Below are positions 57,507 through 64,000 of a DNA stretch of 64,000 nt, piece by piece. The translations under genes and the position numbers were made by a program. Within the stretch, counting starts at the first letter, position 1, and every line of letters starts with the position of its first letter. The stretch lies in contig OX597819.1 in assembly GCA_951406725.2 (NCBI GenBank), positions 51,398,001 to 51,462,000 on the forward strand, in the 5' to 3' direction. Below the pieces are notes generated by a model, which worked only from the letters and a program-made list of their open reading frames with translations, made no database searches and had not been told where the DNA came from. The stretch is from Octopus vulgaris (Eukaryota).

Positions 57507-58511
57507 ACTGTGTAATAACGAACCAATGAAAGAAAAAACTAAATGGATTTTGGACTGAAGAAATAGCAGACTAAACTCTCTCAAATCACAACCTCCCATC
57601 TTAGACATGACAGTCACGCCCTGGATGCCTTTGATCGTGGGTTAGTACGATTAACTTTGACCTGAAATTAAACATGGACAATTAAAAAACAATAGCAGTG
57701 TTATAAAGAACTGCAGCGATCACATGACTTTGAGATTAGTCTTTTAGTCTTAAATAAAAATTTGCAGAGAGCTCCAATGACTCACTCTTCAATGGGAAAA
57801 CTACAAAAATAAATATGTCAGAAATATGAACAGATAAAAATATGCAAGTTAACCATTGGATTTTATAAGACACCAGCTGTGCAGGGTAACAGGTGTAACT
57901 TAACTGGATTAATAATTCTTAATCATGGCCATAAATGTCTTTGTGGAGTGGATATATAATCTCTTCATTCTTATTTTATTGACCTTAGGGAAATGAAAGG
58001 AAATACATCGGTGTTTGAACTAAACACATAGAATAACAAAAGCTATGCTATTTTCTTTCTAGTTTTCTACTGCAGTGACAATAATTATTTAAACAGCCCG
58101 TTATGCACTGGAAATTCATTTAAAAAAAAAAATTCCTGGCACTTTTCATATGGAAAGTTGTCTTCAAAAGAAAACTATGTTTAACCCTTTGACAGCATAA
58201 TTAAATTTCATGACCTTTCCCGTTATGATGTTAATTATCCGTCAAAAAACAGAATTTATATTTCTGCTTCTTCGATACTTTTCCAGTATCTCTTGTCGGT
58301 ACAGTTTTCATATCTATCACTATAAAAAAGTATTTGATTCTTCAAACATCCCTTTATAGAATAAAGGGATGTCTGATGAAATATGTGAAAATAATTAAGA
58401 AAATCTAAAGAATTGTCTTTTGTAAAAAGCTTCGCTTCTCGCAGAATGAGAAGTTTTTTTCAAAGCTATTGGGTAAAACCACATTGTTCAGTTAACGGTA
58501 ATAAAATTATT

Positions 58512-59116
58512 AAAGGCGGCGAGCTGGCAGAAACGTTAGCACGCCGGGCAAAATACTTACCGGTATTTCGTCTGCCGCTACGTTCTGTGTTCAAATTCCG
58601 CCAAGGTCGACTTTGCCTTTCATCCTTTCATGGTCGATTAAATAAGTACCAGTTACGCACTGGGGTCGATATAATCGACTTAATCCGTTTATCTGTCCTT
58701 GTTTGTCCTCTCTGTGTTTAGCCCCTTGTGGGTAGTAAAGAAATAGGTATTTCGTCTGCCGCTACGTTCTGTGTTCAAATTCCGCCAAGGTCGACTTTGC
58801 CTTTCATCCTTTCATGGTCGATTAAATAAGTACCAGTTACGCACTGGGGTCGATATAATCGACTTAATCCGTTTATCTGTCCTTGTTTGTCCTCTCTGTG
58901 TTTAGCCCCTTGTGGGTAGTAAAGAAATAGGTATTTCGTCTGCCGCTACGTTCTGTGTTCAAATTCCGCCGAGGTCGACTTTTCCTTTCATCCTTTCAGG
59001 GTCTATTAAATAAGTACCAGTTACGCACTGGGGTCCATATAATCGACTTAATCCGTTTGTCTGCCCTTGTTTGTCCTCTCTGTGTTTAGCCCCTTGTGGG
59101 TAGTAAAGAAATAGGT
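58512..59116 (+). mobile_element. SINE family B: one head plus three tandem 184-bp bodies, 14-bp TSD
   Basis: GGTATTTCGTCTG starts at 58562, 58746 and 58930. GGTAATAAAATTAT occurs at 58497-58510 and 59114-59127. Confidence 0.92.
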
Positions 59117-60588
59117 AATAAAATTATGAGCAGATATATCCATTTTCAATGTTCAAAGGGTGAGCAGTTTAAAATTTAAGAAACATTTTAAGGCGGCCCA
59201 AGCTTCAACTATGAATTGTGGATTTTCCAAAGATCATTTTTAAAATCTACTGCTCACCATTCGAAAAGCATTGATCTGTTGTTACTTTACTGTATTACAC
59301 TCTTGGATGAGCAATATTTATATTTATGGCAACACAAATATTTGTGACATATCTGTTGATTTCTAACACATTTTTATCACTTAGTCAGAAGGAAATGTAG
59401 TACCCCTGACCCTTTTTCAGAGCAGAAGGAAAGGACGAAGGTATTCTCATATCAGATACCTGGTTCGATTATTTGCAACAAAGTGGGCCCTACTAAATGC
59501 ACCCAGAGTCTTCGTGATGGTACTAAACCGAGTGAAGTATTATGTTTATATACTCCCCAGTCGACTACAACGAATTTTGGACTCGAACTGCGAAGTGACG
59601 GAACAAATGCCACAAAGCACCTCGTCTAAATATAAAACAATTCCATCACTGCTCTAGATCGATATTGTATTTATTATATTTATCGACCAAATTGGAACTC
59701 AAGGACCCAGATTAAATACCCAAAGACATTTTGATTGATACTCTCAAGCTTCTGTCAGTTCATCCTCTGCCCCCAGACCACAATTGTCTGGCTTTAATCT
59801 AGCGATTAAACTGGTACTCATCCCTTATTTGTGTTTACGTTTCGATTACCAGACGCGTAAAAAGTAAAATCGAGTCCAACCGGAATATTGGACACGAGTC
59901 TTATTGGGACGTAACCAAATATTGCAATCACCCAGCGCCTCTAGAACTCATTCCTGATGTGCAGATAAAAGTATTATTACATGCTCTCTACACCAAAACT
60001 ATCTCCTGTTATTGCACTCAAGTATTAACAATTATTCTAGGAGTTGGCATTAGATAAACTAAATTGGGAAACCGGTTCTGTGAGTCTATATGACCCGGGA
60101 AGGATTTTTGTCAATGTGAAATTGATTTTATGTCCTATATTGAATCAGGTTATCCTTGTCTGAAATAAGTTTCAGCCGAGTCAATGGGAATATCTCTACA
60201 CAGTCACTCGACCTGCCAGATAAATCAAATAACCATCGGATCGCATCCTATTGTCTTATAAAGATAAAATTTTGTTGGGTAATGTTGTTGTAGATACACA
60301 ATATCAGATAAAATATTTACTGGGGTGAGAGTCTTTGATTATAGGTATGCTTTATCAGGTCTAACCTGGGACTAAACAACACCAACCATGTCCCAGCTCT
60401 TGATACGCTTCCTGTAAATAATGTTGTGTCGCTGACGTATAGATATATATAAACGAGAATAGTTTTATTTATAAATCGTTATACATTAGATGAACAAAGA
60501 AAATAGAAACGATGACTTGCATATTTTTCTTAATACTTTTCGGAAGATTCGAACATAAATATGCTAATCGCTGTTGTCTTCGTTACAG

Positions 60589-60649
60589 GAAAACAGATTC
60601 TCCCTTACGAAAACCACATGTTAATAACATACTCAATGCATTAGTGTAA
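60589..60649 (+). CDS. Candidate terminal exon (short C-terminus)
   Basis: Branch-like GCTAAT and acceptor gtcttcgttacAG. Reads KTDSPLRKPHVNNILNALV* or ENRFSLTKTTC* depending on phase. Non-repetitive flanks. Confidence 0.3.
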
Positions 60650-60996
60650 GGAGTTCTGGGACAACTAGTGTTCCGTCATCGTTGTATCTCGTCAGCCAGA
60701 AGCACATTCTGGTAACCTACGCCATTGAAAACGACAACGACGCGGCGGTTACAAATGTATGGAAGATGGATACGTTTTGCATACATTGAACTCATATTTT
60801 AATTTTACAATAGTAAATTATCGGAATAAATACATTGCCGGTATCACAGAAACATCATCTTTGAACAATTGGTTGATTAAGTCTGGCATATTTCATAAAC
60901 AGAAAAGAAAAATGAGTTGAGTTTCGTATTTGTAAATAACCAAATTAAAATGGCGATCGGTATATTTCTAGCTTTTTGTTTTGCTTTGTTTTTCAG

Positions 60997-60999
60997 CTG
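60997..60999 (+). other. Candidate 3-nt microexon, or start of a short terminal exon
   Basis: ttctAGctttttgtttTGCtttgtttttcAG|CTG|GTAGGT, with TGCATG at 61038-61043. Confidence 0.35.
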
Positions 61000-61866
61000 G
61001 TAGGTACACTGTGTGTGATGGTTCGACGGTGAATATGTGCATGCTGTTGGTTATGTATTTAAATATATCTGTAGAGTTTGGTTGTTTAACCGTACTTGTA
61101 TATCTAAAATATTGCTAACATTTATTTTTACGGAAAAGGAAAACCAGATATTTGCTTAAAAGAAGAAAAAAAGAAGACAAAAGACATTGTTAACATAGTA
61201 ATTCAATATGCGTCTATATGTGTGCGTGCACGGGCGCGCAAGGGTATGTATGTGCTTGTGTATCTACGTATGTGTATACATATGTGTGAGTATGTATGTG
61301 TGTGTAGGTGTCGATACATATACTTGTAAGTGTAAGTGTTGATGTGCAAATACACACACACATATTTATAATATATGTATGTATGCATACGTACTTCAGT
61401 GAAATTATCTACATATGTTTGTGTGTGTATGTGCATGTGTACACACATTATATCTATACTGAGTGTAGTATGTGTATGTATGTATACACGTACATATTTT
61501 CCCGTTAATGAGAGCATCAATCAAAGTTATTTAAGTGTGCAAGCAGTTCAGTTTAAAGCCCAAAGTAATTTCCAATTCTTTATGAAAATATTAGATTCTT
61601 TATGAATTAGTAAAACTATTGAGAAAGACATACCTATAACGTACTAAATTTTAGCAAAATTTAAAAACTTAGAAATTAGAATATCGACGAAATACTATAA
61701 TGCTTTGATTATGAGGCAAGTCTTATAAGGATCACAATATAAATCACTTCTCACATTGAGAACTGTAAAAACATTTTATGTATCAGAATTTTAAAAGTTA
61801 GGGCAACATCATAAGATTAGAACAATACCGACATCAATGTTCATCTTCTGATAGTTATCAGCTTAT

Positions 61867-61916
<50 letters not shown>

Positions 61917-61917
61917 G

Positions 61918-61960
<43 letters not shown>

Positions 61961-61962
<2 letters not shown>

Positions 61963-62374
61963 CTGTAAATATAATATGTGACAATTATTCGGTAGTCATG
62001 ATAGAACTCCGAGTTTCGAATGTCGGAGTTGAAACCTACGCCAGCATCTCTTCAGTTATCGGGCCATCGAAAGAAATCAGTTGAGGACTCTGCCCCGCCA
62101 GAAGAATTTAATATGGACGCCTACTGCATCGATTATTCTGTGAAAAACATACCTGTACCATCAACGGAACTATACTCTAAGAAACTTTTGGAGAAAATTA
62201 CAGATTTTTTTCGATGGCCCGATAACTGCAGAGAAGCGGGCGTGGGTTCCCATCCCGACATACGAAACTCGGAGTTTTATCACTGAATAATTGTCACATA
62301 TTATATTTACAGATAAATTCATCTATTTACATAATATCGAGGTCTTCATTCTTTTGTTGTCTTGCCATTTCTAT

Positions 62375-62380
<6 letters not shown>
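61961..62380. mobile_element. Penelope-like fold-back remnant: inverted arms with hammerheads (62000-62060 -, 62221-62281 +) around a PLE ORF N-terminus
   Basis: Arms ~61961-62078 and ~62203-62315. Motif gataa-CTGA/CAGA..GAAA-ctcggag-TT-ttatc. Spacer from ATG 62113 encodes MDAYCIDYSVKNIPVPSTELYSKKLLEKITDF, like the PLE N-terminal YSxKNIPxP motif. Confidence 0.8.
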
Positions 62381-62413
<33 letters not shown>

Positions 62414-62569
62414 CACACACACATGGATCCCTAGCTCCTGCCGTGAGTTTGGAACCTAGCAGACGACTAATTATAGCACTTACGCACCGTACCTATTGGT
62501 TTTGGTCATCAGTGAACTAAACCGTCATATTCTGTATACATGTGTGAGTGTATACACAATATATGTGTA

Positions 62570-62705
<136 letters not shown>

Positions 62706-62791
62706 CCTATATATATATAGGCTAATATGTATATACATATATATGTATAAACATAGGCGCAGGAGTGGCTGTGTGGTAAGTAGCTTGCTTA

Positions 62792-63626
62792 CTTCACTAC
62801 AGAAGAGTTCGCGTTTTTCCACGCTGATTGAAAGTCACGTCGCTTGACGTGGAATATTGAAAAATCGAAGCACGACTACAGGCAAGGCGTTTGTTTTGTT
62901 TTTTGTTTTGTTTTTTTTTTGGTGGGGGAGCTTAGTGGAGTCCGTTGTTCTGTAATTAATAATTTTTGTTGAGCAAGGATTTCCACTGGGTTCCAGACAT
63001 TTGCCTGCCTGTGGTCGTGCAAAAAGACTCACTTTATAGTGAAAATTGTGTTTTCTCTTTTTTTGAGGGGGCATATCACCTCCGAAAATTTATGATTTTA
63101 TGTGACTGTGTGCACTTCGTGGATTTTACCAGTTGGAGTACAACCAGAATTTTACCATTTGGTGTACAACCAGGAATTTTTTGCTGCTATTTTTGTGCTG
63201 CAAGGGATTTTTAACTGTACGACAAAGGATTACCAGAGTTGAAGTTTGTTGTCATATGAACTGTCTTCCTTCGTTCTTTTTCTCTTGTCTGTCTTTCTGC
63301 TCTTTTTGTGTTTGCATTAAGACTTTTATTTGAACATTTTTGATTTTGTTGTGTGTTTTTATATTTTAGTTTATTTTATCAATGGCAACCAAATGTAAGA
63401 AAGCCTTGGAGTGGCAAATTGTGGCCTCCAAGGAACGGTTAAAAAGACTATGATGAGAGAACGGTGGTGTTGCGGACTTACTGCAAGGTCCGCGACACCA
63501 TCTGTGTATTCCTACAGAATGAAATTGAAGAAGAGTTGGAGGGATTTGTGCCAACTTATAGGTTCATCCGTAGGGGTGCAAAGTACGCAACGGTGTGCGT
63601 GCTTTTCGACACCCCTACGGACGTCA
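62792..63626 (+). mobile_element. Probable LINE 5' UTR and ORF1 start (Tx1/L1-like, tentative), between SINE A pieces
   Basis: CpG-rich start and T-rich leader. ATG 63382 gives MATKCKKALEWQIVASKERL, then a frameshift into DYDERTVVLRTYC...RRGAKYATVCVLF. SINE A head at 62755-62791. Confidence 0.4.
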
Positions 63627-63878
63627 AACGATGTTGGGGGAGGAACAAACACAGACACAAACACACACACACACATACACACACGCACACACACACATAT
63701 ATAAATAAGTAAATAAATATATATATACGACAGGCTTCTTTCAGCTTCTGTCTACCAAATCCACTCACAAGGCTTTGGTCGACTCGAGGCTAGAGTAGAA
63801 AACAATTGCTCAAGGTGCCACGCAGTGAGACTGAACCATGTGGTTGGTAAGCAAGCTACTTACCACACAGCCACTCAT
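63627..63878 (-). mobile_element. SINE family A, 5' half
   Basis: CTTACCACACAGCCACTC head and GGCTTCTTTCAG body on the minus strand. Confidence 0.85.
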
Positions 63879-64000
63879 ACACCTCTGTAAAAATATTTTA
63901 TGTAAAGTAAAAAGGAATGTGGAGATCATTTATAATAAAAAAAATTATTATAATCGTTTCCTGAATCACCTCCACACGCACTAAGCTCGTGCACACCACC

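Noticed and set aside
58371-58405. CTGATGA...GAAA-ataat-TA
   Set aside because: No credible stem II or stem I; likely chance in AT-rich DNA.
58562-59116. CRISPR-like or retrozyme array
   Set aside because: The units are whole SINE bodies with no unique spacers and no ribozyme core.

Overview
AT-rich, microsatellite-saturated animal DNA. The SINE, LINE and microsatellite content looks like a coleoid cephalopod (Octopus); this is an inference. No complete host gene is visible, and most ORF-track entries are microsatellite artefacts. The window holds three tRNA-derived SINE families; fragments of RLE-type non-LTR retrotransposons (R4/Dong-like, in TAA repeats), a CR1-group LINE and Tx1/L1-like LINEs; internally deleted Tc1 and mariner elements; Helitron- and Helentron-like non-autonomous elements; a U6 snRNA retrocopy; and Penelope-like element (PLE) remnants. 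The strongest unexplained signal is about 14 minimal type-I hammerhead ribozyme (HHR) motifs with palindromic stem III, of varying integrity. Most lie in short elements beside (TA)n, and several lie in fold-back palindromes. Some have non-canonical cores, including a compensatory G3:C8 swap at 45012-45062. Also notable: SINE bodies multiplied as 184-bp units with the same junction at separate loci, a 3' tail shared by a SINE, an RLE LINE and possibly the U6 copy, and a few candidate short or micro exons on the + strand. All structures were read by eye and coordinates may be off by a few bases.
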